Origin: Zeimonas sp.
GTDB taxonomy: Bacteria; Pseudomonadota; Gammaproteobacteria; Burkholderiales; Burkholderiaceae_E
Direction of reading: 5' to 3'
NCBI GenBank assembly: GCA_036406255.1
Contig: DASWVL010000332.1
Location: 1-46,992, forward strand
DNA length: 46,992 bases
The notes below the pieces were generated by a model, which ran no database searches, was not told the origin of the DNA, and saw only the letters and a list, made by a program, of their open reading frames with translations. Below, in pieces: positions 18,594-27,527 of the stretch. The first letter of the stretch is position 1. Every line of letters begins with the position of its first letter. Position numbers and translations under genes: made by a program.

Positions 18594-20219
18594 ATGAACA
18601 TCGCCGATGCCACCCCGTCGAGAGCGACGCTGATGAGCGGGGACGAGTACCGCGCGTCGCTGCGCCGCCTGCATCCCGTCGTCTACGTCGACGGGCGCCG
18701 CGTGGAGAGCGTGGCCGACGAGCCGATGCTGCGTCCCGGCGTGAACGCGCTCGCGTTCACCTACGACTTCGCGCTCGATCCCGAGCGCGCGCCGGTCGCC
18801 CTGGCGAACCAGTCGAAGCGCAATCGCATCGTGAACCGGATGCTGCACGTCGACGAGTCGGCGGGCGATCTGCTGAACAAGCTCGAGGCGGTGCGGCTGC
18901 TGTGCCAGGAGACGGGGTGCGCACAACGCTACCTCGCGCACGACGCCCTGGGCGGGCTGGCGCAGGCCGTGGCGGCGATCGACGATGCACGCGGCTCCAC
19001 CGAGCACCGCGAGCGCTTCGTGGCGTACCGCGATCGCGTGCAGGACGAGGATCTCGCCGTCGGCATCGCGATGACCGATGCGAAGGGCGATCGTAGCCGC
19101 AGGCCGCACGAGCAGGCGAACCCGGACAGCTACGTGCACGTGGTCGAACGCACTGCGAAGGGGATCGTCGTGAGCGGCACGAAGGCGATCGTCACCGGCG
19201 CTCCCTACGTGCACGAGCTGCTCGTCATGCCGAGCCGGAACATGGGCCCGGACGACGCCGATTTCGCCGTCTGCTGCGCGGTTCCGGTCGACGCCGCGGG
19301 GCTCACGATCGTCTCGCGTCCGGCCGGCCGCCCGGGTGAGAAACACGAGCACGGCGACGCGCTCTTCTCGCGCAGGTACGGGCAGTCCACCGCGGTCGTC
19401 GTCTTCGATCGCGTGTTCGTGCCGTGGGACCGGGTCTTCTTCGACCGCGAATGGGAGCACAGCCACGTGCTCACCTACAGCTATGCCACGCATCACCGGC
19501 ACACGTGCATCGCCGCGCGCGCCGGCTTCGGCGACCTGCTGATCGGCGCCGGTGCGCTGATGTGCGAGGCGAACGGCTTCGACGATCCGGGCGCGAAGAG
19601 CAACCTGCGCGAACCGATGGTCGAGCTGATCAAGATCGTCGAGGGCTTCTACGCCTGCGGCGTGGCGGCGAGCGTCTACGCGACGCAGGACGAGGCGAGC
19701 GGTGCCTTCATGCCGGATCCCGTCTTCGCGAACATCGGAAAGCTGCTGCTCGCCACGCAGATCTACGACATGCACCGGCTCGCGCACGAGGTGTCGGGCG
19801 GACTCGTCGTCGCACTGCCCGGGCCCGACGAGGATCACAACCCGGCCACCGCTGCCACGCTCGCGGAGGTGCTGCGCGCGAATCCCGCCGTGCCCTACGA
19901 TCGTCGCATCGAGACCGCCCGCTTCCTCGAGGATCTCACCGCGTCGTACCAGGGCGGCTGGTATTCGCTGATCAGCCTGCACGGCGGCGGCTCGCCGGCG
20001 GCGATGAAGCAGGAGATCTGGCGCAACTATCCGGTGGGCAGCAAGGTCGAACTCGTCGAACGACTGCTCGAGCGTGGGGTGCTGCACGATGTCGACCGTG
20101 CGATCACGCGCAACCGCCAGCCCGGACGGTGCTGCGACGTCGGCTGCACGGCGCCCGGGCAGGCGGTGATGGTGCCGATGCCCGTGCCGCGCGATCGGCG
20201 CGGCGGTCGCAGCGGCTGA
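18594..20219 (+). CDS. 4-hydroxybutyryl-CoA dehydratase / 4-hydroxyphenylacetate 3-hydroxylase (AbfD/HpaB) family flavoprotein, atypical active site
   Basis: LMSGDEYRASLR, AMTDAKGDRS, GIVVSGTK, VVFDRVFVPWDRVF, LHGGGSP. ATG after GGAG. Confidence 0.88.
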   Translation: MNIADATPSRATLMSGDEYRASLRRLHPVVYVDGRRVESVADEPMLRPGVNALAFTYDFALDPERAPVALANQSKRNRIVNRMLHVDESAGDLLNKLEAVRLLCQETGCAQRYLAHDALGGLAQAVAAIDDARGSTEHRERFVAYRDRVQDEDLAVGIAMTDAKGDRSRRPHEQANPDSYVHVVERTAKGIVVSGTKAIVTGAPYVHELLVMPSRNMGPDDADFAVCCAVPVDAAGLTIVSRPAGRPGEKHEHGDALFSRRYGQSTAVVVFDRVFVPWDRVFFDREWEHSHVLTYSYATHHRHTCIAARAGFGDLLIGAGALMCEANGFDDPGAKSNLREPMVELIKIVEGFYACGVAASVYATQDEASGAFMPDPVFANIGKLLLATQIYDMHRLAHEVSGGLVVALPGPDEDHNPATAATLAEVLRANPAVPYDRRIETARFLEDLTASYQGGWYSLISLHGGGSPAAMKQEIWRNYPVGSKVELVERLLERGVLHDVDRAITRNRQPGRCCDVGCTAPGQAVMVPMPVPRDRRGGRSG

Positions 20220-20251
20220 AGCGCCCGGGTGCGGCTTGCGGCAGGCTGCGC

Positions 20252-21772
20252 TTGGACTCCGTCGCACAGGCGCTTTCGAACCGGTCGGATCGGCTCGTCG
20301 ACTGGAACCGGCGACACGCGCTCGTCGTTCTCGCGGCGGTCGTGCCCGCGCTGGCGTTCTCGTCCGCGTGGTGGGTTTCGGCATTCGCCGCCGCGTCGTT
20401 CGCCGCGCTGATCCGCGATCACGACGCGTTGCGCTTGCCGCCCGCATCCTTCGGCGGCGCCAACTGGGTCACGACTGCGCGGCTCGCCGGCACGCTCGCG
20501 CTTCCCGGATTCGCGGCCATCGGTCCGCTCGCGGTCGCGGCGTGCGCCGTCCTCCTGTTCGCACTCGATGGCGTCGACGGGTGGCTCGCGCGCCGTGCCG
20601 GGCTCGCGTCCGAGTTCGGCGAGTACTTCGACAAGGAGACCGATGCGCTGCTGATGCTCGTGCTGTGCCTGCTGCTGCACGATGCGGGGCGCTTCGGCGG
20701 GTGGATCCTGCTGCCGGGCCTGCTGCGCTACGGCTTCGTCGTCTTCCTGATGATCGCGCGCCCGCCCGAGGCGAAGGAACGGCGCAACGCGCTCGGCCGC
20801 TGGATCTTCTTCGGAACGACGTGCGCGCTCATTGCATCGTTCACGCCGTTTCGCGCGCTCTACGCGCCGTCGATGGCCGCGATGACGGTGCTGCTCGTCG
20901 CTTCCTTCGCGGCAGCCGTCGTCGATCTGTATCGCCCGGTGCGCGAGCGCCCCGATCGACCCGCGGCGTCGCGCCTGGCGACGCGCGTCGTGACGCATCC
21001 CGACGATGTCTTCGTGTTCTTCGATTCGCTGGCGAACGAGTATCACGACTGCCACGGCGACGCGGAGCACGCGCTGCGCGAACGGCTCGCACTCATCCGT
21101 CGCCTGTTGCCCGAGCGCCGTTCGCTGCTGGTCGAGATCGGCTGCGGCAACGGGATGCACCTGTTCGGGCTCGCGCCGCTGTTCGACGCGTCGATCGGAA
21201 TCGACGGATCGCCGCGGATGGTCGCGGCCGCCGAGGCGCAGCGCTCGCAGCACGGGGCCGGTGCGCGCGTGCGCCTGGCCGTCGATCGCGCGCAACGGCT
21301 CTCGAGCGTGGCCGACGAGAGCGCCGACGTCGTGCTGTGCGTCGGCGCCTTCGAGCACATGATCGACCAGCCGGCGGTGCTGGCGGAGGTGGCGCGCGCG
21401 CTGCGTCCGGGTGGGGCGTTCGTCTGCCTGTCGCCGAATGGCGGGTACTTCTGGTACACGTGCCTGGCACCCTGGCTCGGACTGGAGACGAGGCATCTGA
21501 GCACGGACCGTTTCGTCCCGCCCGGTCAGTGGCCGGCGCTTCTCGCGTACGCGGGCCTGCAGACGGACGCGATCGGCTACTGGCGCTTCGTGCCCGCAGG
21601 CGACATGCCTCGGTGGGCGGCGCGCACGATGCGCGCGCTCGATCGCATCGGCGCGCTGCTGCACGCCGGTGCGTTGCGCGGGGGCTGCTACGTGAAGGCG
21701 GTCAAGCCGGGCGTGCCCGGGAGCGCGTCGGCGCGACGCGAGGGCGCGACACTGAGCAGGTCGAGCTGGTGA
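20252..21772 (+). CDS. CDP-alcohol phosphatidyltransferase domain fused to a class I SAM methyltransferase domain
   Basis: One reading frame carries multiple TM segments with ANWVT..R and DGVDGWLARR(x6)GEYFDKETD, then VEIGCGNG...GIDGS...LRPGG. The TTG start at 20252 is uncertain. Confidence 0.85.
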   Translation: MDSVAQALSNRSDRLVDWNRRHALVVLAAVVPALAFSSAWWVSAFAAASFAALIRDHDALRLPPASFGGANWVTTARLAGTLALPGFAAIGPLAVAACAVLLFALDGVDGWLARRAGLASEFGEYFDKETDALLMLVLCLLLHDAGRFGGWILLPGLLRYGFVVFLMIARPPEAKERRNALGRWIFFGTTCALIASFTPFRALYAPSMAAMTVLLVASFAAAVVDLYRPVRERPDRPAASRLATRVVTHPDDVFVFFDSLANEYHDCHGDAEHALRERLALIRRLLPERRSLLVEIGCGNGMHLFGLAPLFDASIGIDGSPRMVAAAEAQRSQHGAGARVRLAVDRAQRLSSVADESADVVLCVGAFEHMIDQPAVLAEVARALRPGGAFVCLSPNGGYFWYTCLAPWLGLETRHLSTDRFVPPGQWPALLAYAGLQTDAIGYWRFVPAGDMPRWAARTMRALDRIGALLHAGALRGGCYVKAVKPGVPGSASARREGATLSRSSW

Positions 21773-22635
21773 ACGATCGCACCGAGCCGTCCCGCCGCGA
21801 GCAGCGCGCGGCGGTCGTCGTACCACGCCGCAAGCCGTGCGCGGTCGACGTGCGGTTCGCACTCGCGGCGCACTGCGTCGAGCAGCACCGACAGCACGGC
21901 CGCGTCGCCGTCGCGAAGGCGGCCGCGGTGCGGGACGGCGTTCCAGTCGGAACTCGCGCAGGCGAGGATCTCGAAACCGGCTTCGTCGAGCAGCGCGTGC
22001 AGCCGCCGCCCCGAGCGGGCGCCGCCCGTGGGTGAACCGTCGATGCGGCGTTCCTCCATCGAAGCGTCATAGCGTGCGAGCAGGCCCTCCTCGAATGCTG
22101 CGTCGGCATGCGGCGGCAGCAGCACGGTTTCGCCGTCGTAGTTCAGCGTCGCATAGAACAGCCCGCCCGGTGAGAGCCAGCCGGCGATGCGTTCGAGCAG
22201 CGGGCGCATCGGGACGAGGTCCATGAAGGCGTGCGCGGTGACGAGGTCGTAGCGATCGCCGGGGTGCGGCTCGTGCTGCAGGATGTCGGCGCACGCGAAG
22301 CGCAGGCGCACACGACGCCGGGCGTCGTGCGCCTCGATGCCGTCGGCATCGTCGTGTTGCTCGAAGCCGCGCCGGGACAGGTGCGCGCGCATCGAAGCGC
22401 GTGCGCGGGCGAGCATTTCGGAGTCGCGATCGAGCGCGACGACCTCGATCGACGAGGCTCCTGGTACCGCGTCGAGCAGGCGCCGCACCATCGCGCCGGT
22501 GCCCGTGCCGATGTCCAGGCATCGCAGCGCGTCGCGCGGCAGCATGGCCGCGAGCCATTCGCCGCGCACGTCGCGCGCCAGGCTTCGCTCGTCGAGCGCG
22601 AATTTAGCCTCGAGGAAATCGCCGAAATCGGGCAC
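21688..22635 (-). CDS. Class I SAM-dependent methyltransferase, PTPS-IV cluster type
   Basis: GTG 22635 after GGAG. FLEAKFALDERSL N-terminus, LDIGTGTGAM, DLVTAHAFMDL, TLNYDG, SSDW. Confidence 0.88.
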   Translation of the reverse strand: MPDFGDFLEAKFALDERSLARDVRGEWLAAMLPRDALRCLDIGTGTGAMVRRLLDAVPGASSIEVVALDRDSEMLARARASMRAHLSRRGFEQHDDADGIEAHDARRRVRLRFACADILQHEPHPGDRYDLVTAHAFMDLVPMRPLLERIAGWLSPGGLFYATLNYDGETVLLPPHADAAFEEGLLARYDASMEERRIDGSPTGGARSGRRLHALLDEAGFEILACASSDWNAVPHRGRLRDGDAAVLSVLLDAVRRECEPHVDRARLAAWYDDRRALLAAGRLGAIVHQLDLLSVAPSRRADALPGTPGLTAFT

Positions 22636-22733
22636 TCGCAGTCTCCGTTGCAGCGATCCGCGCCGCCTGCGAGAGAATACGGGGAAGCGTCGAACGAAGC
22701 GCCTTTCTCCCGGCAACACTCGAAGGAGATCCG

Positions 22734-23105
22734 ATGCCCGCCCGTCTCGACCACGCCATCGTCCACGCCCGCGACCCGAAGGCGAGCGCGTCGTTCCTCG
22801 CGACGATCCTCGGCCTGCCGCCGCCCGAATTCGTCGGACGCTTCGCCGCGGTGACGCTCCACAACGGCGTGACGCTCGATTTCGCCGACGCCGAAGACCC
22901 CTTCGATCGCGCGCACTACGCGTTCGCGGTCGCCGACGACGAATTCGACACGATCTTCGCGCGCGTTCGCGACCGGGGCCTGCCGTGGTGGGGAGACCCC
23001 GGCCACCAGCGCCCGAACGAAATCTACGTTCGAGGTCCGAGCCGGGGTTTCTATTTCGACGACCCGGACGGGCATCGGCTCGAGGTGCTGACGCGCGGCG
23101 GCTGA
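22734..23105 (+). CDS. VOC/glyoxalase family protein
   Basis: LDHAIVHARD...HYAFAV...RGFYFDDPDGHRLEVLT; AAGGAG RBS. Confidence 0.92.
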   Translation: MPARLDHAIVHARDPKASASFLATILGLPPPEFVGRFAAVTLHNGVTLDFADAEDPFDRAHYAFAVADDEFDTIFARVRDRGLPWWGDPGHQRPNEIYVRGPSRGFYFDDPDGHRLEVLTRGG

Positions 23106-23145
23106 CCGGTGAACGGGCCGGATGCGATGCGATGCGGGAGCCGTG

Positions 23146-23769
23146 ATGCGCAGGAGCTGCTGCCCCGATCACGACGATGGCGCGGACGATCGGCGCTATC
23201 GCGTGGTCCTGTGGATCGCGCTGCTCGTCAATGCGGCGATGTTCGCCGTCGAGGTCGCTGCAGCGCGCGTCTCGGGATCCGTGTCGCTGCTCGCCGACTC
23301 GATCGATTTCTTCGGCGACGCCGCGAACTATGCGCTGACGCTCGCAGTGCTCGGTCGCGTGCTCGCCGCTCGCGCCCGCGCGGCGATCGCCAAGGCCGCG
23401 ACGATGGCGGCCTTCGGCATCTTCGTGCTCGGCGAGGCGCTGTGGAACGCGACGGGAGGCGTGACCCCGGCAGCGTCGACGATGGGCGTCGTCGGCGTTG
23501 TCGCGCTCGCGGCGAACGTCGGGGTCGCCTGGATGCTTTTCCGACACCGGTCGGGAGACGCGAACCGGCGTTCGATCTGGATCTGCTCGCGCAACGATGC
23601 GATCGGCAACGTGGCGGTGCTTCTCGCCGCACTCGGCGTGTTCGGCACCGGCGACGCATGGCCCGACCGGGTCGTCGCGGCCATCTTCGGTTCGCTCGCG
23701 CTGGGCAGTGCGGTCACTGTGCTCCGGCAGGCACGGGCCGAGTTGCGCGCCGGAGCACTCGGCGCCTGA
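23146..23769 (+). CDS. Cation diffusion facilitator (CzcD-like, transmembrane domain only)
   Basis: N-terminal SCC; VLWIALLVN..MF..E, SLLADSIDFFGDAANY, WICSRNDAIGN, WPD. Confidence 0.9.
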   Translation: MRRSCCPDHDDGADDRRYRVVLWIALLVNAAMFAVEVAAARVSGSVSLLADSIDFFGDAANYALTLAVLGRVLAARARAAIAKAATMAAFGIFVLGEALWNATGGVTPAASTMGVVGVVALAANVGVAWMLFRHRSGDANRRSIWICSRNDAIGNVAVLLAALGVFGTGDAWPDRVVAAIFGSLALGSAVTVLRQARAELRAGALGA

Positions 23770-23780
23770 TCACCGGCGAT

Positions 23781-24650
23781 TCACAGGTTCGTCTGCTCGG
23801 GCGGAACCGATGCGGGATTCGGTACCTCCGCGCCGTCCGCGTCGACCTTCGTGTGCCGCAGGTCGAGGGCGCCGACGAGATAGCCGGTCATCGTGATCGA
23901 GCCCATCGATCCGCCCTCGACGAAGGTGCGCGCAGGCTCCTTCGCCTCGTCGCAAAGCCCCGCCAGGTAGAGGAGCGGCAGGAAATGCTCGGGTGTGGGA
24001 ACCGACTGGGCGTAGTCGCGATGCGTCGCGATCGACGCAAGCCGGCCCGGGTCGGTCGTCATGATCGTCTTCACCTCGGCGTCGAATCGCGCCGCCCAGT
24101 CGTAGGCGGTGTCCCCGAGCTCCGGGTTCATGCGGCGCAGGTTGTGCACGACATTGCCGCTGCCGACGATGAAGACGCCGCGATCGCGCAGCGGTGCAAG
24201 CCGCCGGCCGAAGTCGAGGTGGTAGTCGAACGGCGCACCGGCGTGCAGCGACAGTTGCAGCACCGGAACGCTCGCGTCGGGGAACACGTGCGCGAGCACC
24301 GACCAGGTACCGTGGTCGAGTCCCCAGCTGTCGCGGTCGAGCCCCACGTACGACGGCTTCACTGTCTCGACGATCTCCTCGGCAACGTCCGGCGCGCCGG
24401 GTGCCGGGTAGTCGTATTCGAAAAGCTCGCGCGGGAATCCGTAGAAGTCGTGGATGACGCGTGGGTGCGGCATCGCCGTCACCGCCGTGCTCTTGATGAA
24501 CCAGTGTGCGGAGATCGCGAGCACCGCACGCGGGCGCTGCAGCTTCGTGCCGAGGTCGCGCCACGCGGCGGTGAAGCGGTTGAGTTCGAGCGTGTTCATC
24601 GGGCTGCCGTGGCCGATGAAGGCGGCCGGCATAGGGGCGCGGGTCGTCAT
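23781..24650 (-). CDS. ygiD: 4,5-DOPA extradiol dioxygenase (LigB/YgiD family)
   Basis: FIGHGSPMN, ISAHW, IHDFYGFP, WGLDHGTWSVL, GSGNVVHNL, PTPEHFLPL. Confidence 0.9.
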   Translation of the reverse strand: MTTRAPMPAAFIGHGSPMNTLELNRFTAAWRDLGTKLQRPRAVLAISAHWFIKSTAVTAMPHPRVIHDFYGFPRELFEYDYPAPGAPDVAEEIVETVKPSYVGLDRDSWGLDHGTWSVLAHVFPDASVPVLQLSLHAGAPFDYHLDFGRRLAPLRDRGVFIVGSGNVVHNLRRMNPELGDTAYDWAARFDAEVKTIMTTDPGRLASIATHRDYAQSVPTPEHFLPLLYLAGLCDEAKEPARTFVEGGSMGSITMTGYLVGALDLRHTKVDADGAEVPNPASVPPEQTNL

Positions 24651-24808
24651 TCGGGGTCTCCCTGCAGGCGTGGCCGACGCGGCGAGCGGACAGCCCATTA
24701 TCCCGCGCTGCCCCTTCGAAGCGCATCGCGGACGGCACGACGGAGTCGGCCGGCGGCAGGCGCGGGGCGCCGTGTCGCGCTAGAGTCGGGCTCTTACCAG
24801 GAGCACAG

Positions 24809-25825
24809 ATGGCAATCGACGCATTCACCGCCTACGTCATCGAAAAGGACGGGAACGAGGTTCGCGGGAGGCTCACGACGATGTCTCCCGGTCAACTGGA
24901 CGACGGCGAGCTGACGATCCGCGTGCACTTCTCGAGCATCAACTACAAGGATGCGCTCGCGGCTACCGGCGCCGGGAAGATCATCCGCCGCTTTCCCTGC
25001 GTGGGCGGAATCGATCTCGCGGGCGAGGTCGTGGAGAGTGCGGACGAGCGCTTCCGCCCGGGCGATCCCGTGATCGCGACGAGCTTCGATCTGGGTGTTT
25101 CGCATCACGGCGGCTACGCGCAGTACGCGCGCGTGCCGGCAAAATGGGCGCTTCCGTTGCCGGCCGGACTGACGTTGTTCGAGTCGATGGCCCTGGGGAC
25201 GGCGGGTTTCACCGCGGGGCTCGCCATCTTTCGCATGGAGGCCAATGGCCTCGCGCCCGACAACGGGCCGGTCGTCGTCACGGGTGCGACCGGCGGCGTC
25301 GGCGGACTTGCCATCGACATGCTCGCGCAGCTCGGCTACGAGGTCGTCGCGCTGACGCGCAAGGCGTCGGAGGAGCAGTACCTGCGCGGCCTCGGTGCTT
25401 CGAGCGTCGAACGGGTCGGCGCCGTCGACGTCGACGGCGCGCGCCCACTGGAGCGCGCGCGCTGGGCGGGCGCGGTCGACAATGTCGGCGGTCCGATACT
25501 GCACTGGGTGCTCGCGAGCATGAAGCAGGCGGGAGCCGTCGCGAGCATCGGCAACGCGGCGAGCATCGAGCTGAAGACCACCGTGTTTCCGTTCATCCTG
25601 CGCGGCGTCAGCCTGCTCGGCGTCGATTCGGGCTACACCGGCTTTCCCACCCGCCAGCGGGTCTGGGATCGGCTCGCCACCGACCTGAAACCGCGACACC
25701 TGCACGAGGTCGTGCGCACGATCGACCTGCGCGATCTGCCCACCGCCTTCGACGATTTCATCCGGGGACGGGTCAAGGGCCGCACGGTCGTGCGGGTCCT
25801 CGAGATTCGGCGTGCAGGCAGCTAG
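24809..25825 (+). CDS. YhdH/AcuI family MDR oxidoreductase (acryloyl-CoA reductase-like)
   Basis: SSINYKDALA, GIDLAG, GTAGFTA, VTGATGGVG, PFILRGVSLLGVDS. Confidence 0.92.
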   Translation: MAIDAFTAYVIEKDGNEVRGRLTTMSPGQLDDGELTIRVHFSSINYKDALAATGAGKIIRRFPCVGGIDLAGEVVESADERFRPGDPVIATSFDLGVSHHGGYAQYARVPAKWALPLPAGLTLFESMALGTAGFTAGLAIFRMEANGLAPDNGPVVVTGATGGVGGLAIDMLAQLGYEVVALTRKASEEQYLRGLGASSVERVGAVDVDGARPLERARWAGAVDNVGGPILHWVLASMKQAGAVASIGNAASIELKTTVFPFILRGVSLLGVDSGYTGFPTRQRVWDRLATDLKPRHLHEVVRTIDLRDLPTAFDDFIRGRVKGRTVVRVLEIRRAGS

Positions 25826-25846
25826 CCAGATCGGCAACCGGACGAC

Positions 25847-27016
25847 GTGAGGCCGCTGACAACCGTAGCGATCGCGGAGCTGCTGTGCACGTCGCTCTGG
25901 TTCAGCGCGAACGGCGTGGCGGGCCAGCTGGAATCGTCGTGGGCGATCGGGCCGCGCGAAGTCGGCTGGCTCACGAACGCCGTGCAACTCGGCTTCATCG
26001 CCGGCACGCTGCTGCTCGCCGTCACCGGACTTGCCGACGGCTACCCCGCCACGCGCATCTTCTTCGTTTCGAGCCTCATCGGCGCGCTGGCGAACGCGGG
26101 CTTCGCGCTCTTGTCGGACGGCTTCGGGACGGCGCTGCCATTCCGCTTCGTCGTCGGGTTGGCGATGGCCGGCGTCTATCCGCTCGGAATGAAGATCGTG
26201 ATCTCCTGGACGCGGGGGAGCACGGGGAGTGCGCTCGGCCTGCTGGTCGGCATGCTCACGCTGGGCACCGCGCTGCCGCACGGCCTGCAGGCGATCGGCG
26301 CCGAATTCCGCTGGCAGTACGTCGTGCTCACGTCGTCGGCGCTCGCCGTGCTCGGCGGATTCGTCGTGCTCCGGATGGGCGACGGCCCGCACCTCGCACG
26401 GGTCGCTTCGTCTCGCGGACCGCGCGGAGGAGGTCTCGCCGCGTTTCGCGTCCCCGCCTTCCGTGCTTCCGCCGCGGGCTACTTCGGCCACATGTGGGAG
26501 CTGTACGCGTTCTGGGCGATCGTCCCGCTGCTGATGAAGGACGCGATCGGTGCGCAATCGGACTCGGCGCTCCTCAGCGCGATGTCGTTCCTCGTCGTCG
26601 GCATCGGCGGTCTCGCGTGCATGGCCGGCGGAGCACTCAGTGCAAGGCGCGGCAGCGCGTTCGTCGCGATGTCGGCGCTGGCGATCTCGGGTTCGATCTG
26701 CCTGCTGTACCCGTTCCTCGCGCCGCTGCCGGGCCTGCTGAAGGTCGCCGTGCTGCTGTTCTGGGGGGCCGCGGTCGTCGCCGATTCGCCGCAGTTCTCG
26801 AGCCTTTCGGCACGCGCCTGTCCGCCGGAGCTGGTCGGGAGCGCATTGGCGATCCAGAACAGCATCGGCTTCTTCATCACGGTGGTGTCGATCGCGATCA
26901 TCTCGTCGCTGTATGAAGCGCATGGCGCGAGCGTTGCCTGGCTGCTGGGGGCAGGGCCGCTCATGGGCATCGCGGGCTTCTTCTTCTGGACGGCGAGACC
27001 GCAACCGACGCAGTGA
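25847..27016 (+). CDS. MFS transporter
   Basis: About 12 TM segments; [47 protein letters not shown]. Confidence 0.9.
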   Translation: MRPLTTVAIAELLCTSLWFSANGVAGQLESSWAIGPREVGWLTNAVQLGFIAGTLLLAVTGLADGYPATRIFFVSSLIGALANAGFALLSDGFGTALPFRFVVGLAMAGVYPLGMKIVISWTRGSTGSALGLLVGMLTLGTALPHGLQAIGAEFRWQYVVLTSSALAVLGGFVVLRMGDGPHLARVASSRGPRGGGLAAFRVPAFRASAAGYFGHMWELYAFWAIVPLLMKDAIGAQSDSALLSAMSFLVVGIGGLACMAGGALSARRGSAFVAMSALAISGSICLLYPFLAPLPGLLKVAVLLFWGAAVVADSPQFSSLSARACPPELVGSALAIQNSIGFFITVVSIAIISSLYEAHGASVAWLLGAGPLMGIAGFFFWTARPQPTQ

Positions 27017-27085
27017 GGCACGGCCCCGCAGTGCCGAACGTGGTACAGGTATGGAGCCCTTTCCACGAATTCAGGAGAACATCGG

Positions 27086-27526
27086 ATGAAGCCTCGTCTA
27101 GACGCTTACAAGGCCGCTCCCGACGCAATGAAGGCAATGCTCGCCTTCGAGAACGCGGTGAAGACGAGCGGCCTCGAGCACGGCCTGATCGAACTGGTGA
27201 AGACGCGTGCGTCGCAGATCAACGGATGCGCGTATTGCATCCACATGCACACCCGGGATGCGCGTGCGAGCGGCGAGACCGAAGAGCGGCTGTACCTGCT
27301 GAGCGCCTGGCGCGAATCGCCGCTCTATACGCGGCGCGAGCGCGCGGCGCTCGGCTGGACGGAGGCGCTGACGCTGCTCTCGCAGACGGGGGCGCCGGAC
27401 GAGGACTACGAGGCGCTGCAGGCCGAGTTCTCACCCGAAGAGCAGGTGAAGCTGACGCTGCTGATCGGCGCGATCAACGTCTGGAACCGGATCGCGGTGG
27501 GATTCCGGTCCGTGCATCCGACCTGA
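27086..27526 (+). CDS. Carboxymuconolactone decarboxylase / AhpD-like protein
   Basis: ELVKTRASQINGCAYCIHMH (CxxC), IN.WNRI; CAGGAG RBS. Confidence 0.93.
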   Translation: MKPRLDAYKAAPDAMKAMLAFENAVKTSGLEHGLIELVKTRASQINGCAYCIHMHTRDARASGETEERLYLLSAWRESPLYTRRERAALGWTEALTLLSQTGAPDEDYEALQAEFSPEEQVKLTLLIGAINVWNRIAVGFRSVHPT

Positions 27527-27527
27527 A

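Noticed and set aside
18594-20219. Assigning hpaB or abfD
   Set aside because: Key catalytic and ligand motifs of both differ, and the partner genes (hpaC, 4-HB CoA-transferase) are not adjacent.
23121-23150. Short GATGC tandem (gatgcgatgcgatgcg) before the CDF gene
   Set aside because: Only three units; too short to support phase variation or a repeat element.
22734-27526. VOC, CDF, ygiD, acuI-like, MFS and CMD genes as one detoxification system
   Set aside because: Mixed orientations, common stand-alone families and no convincing shared operator; treated as ordinary accessory genes.
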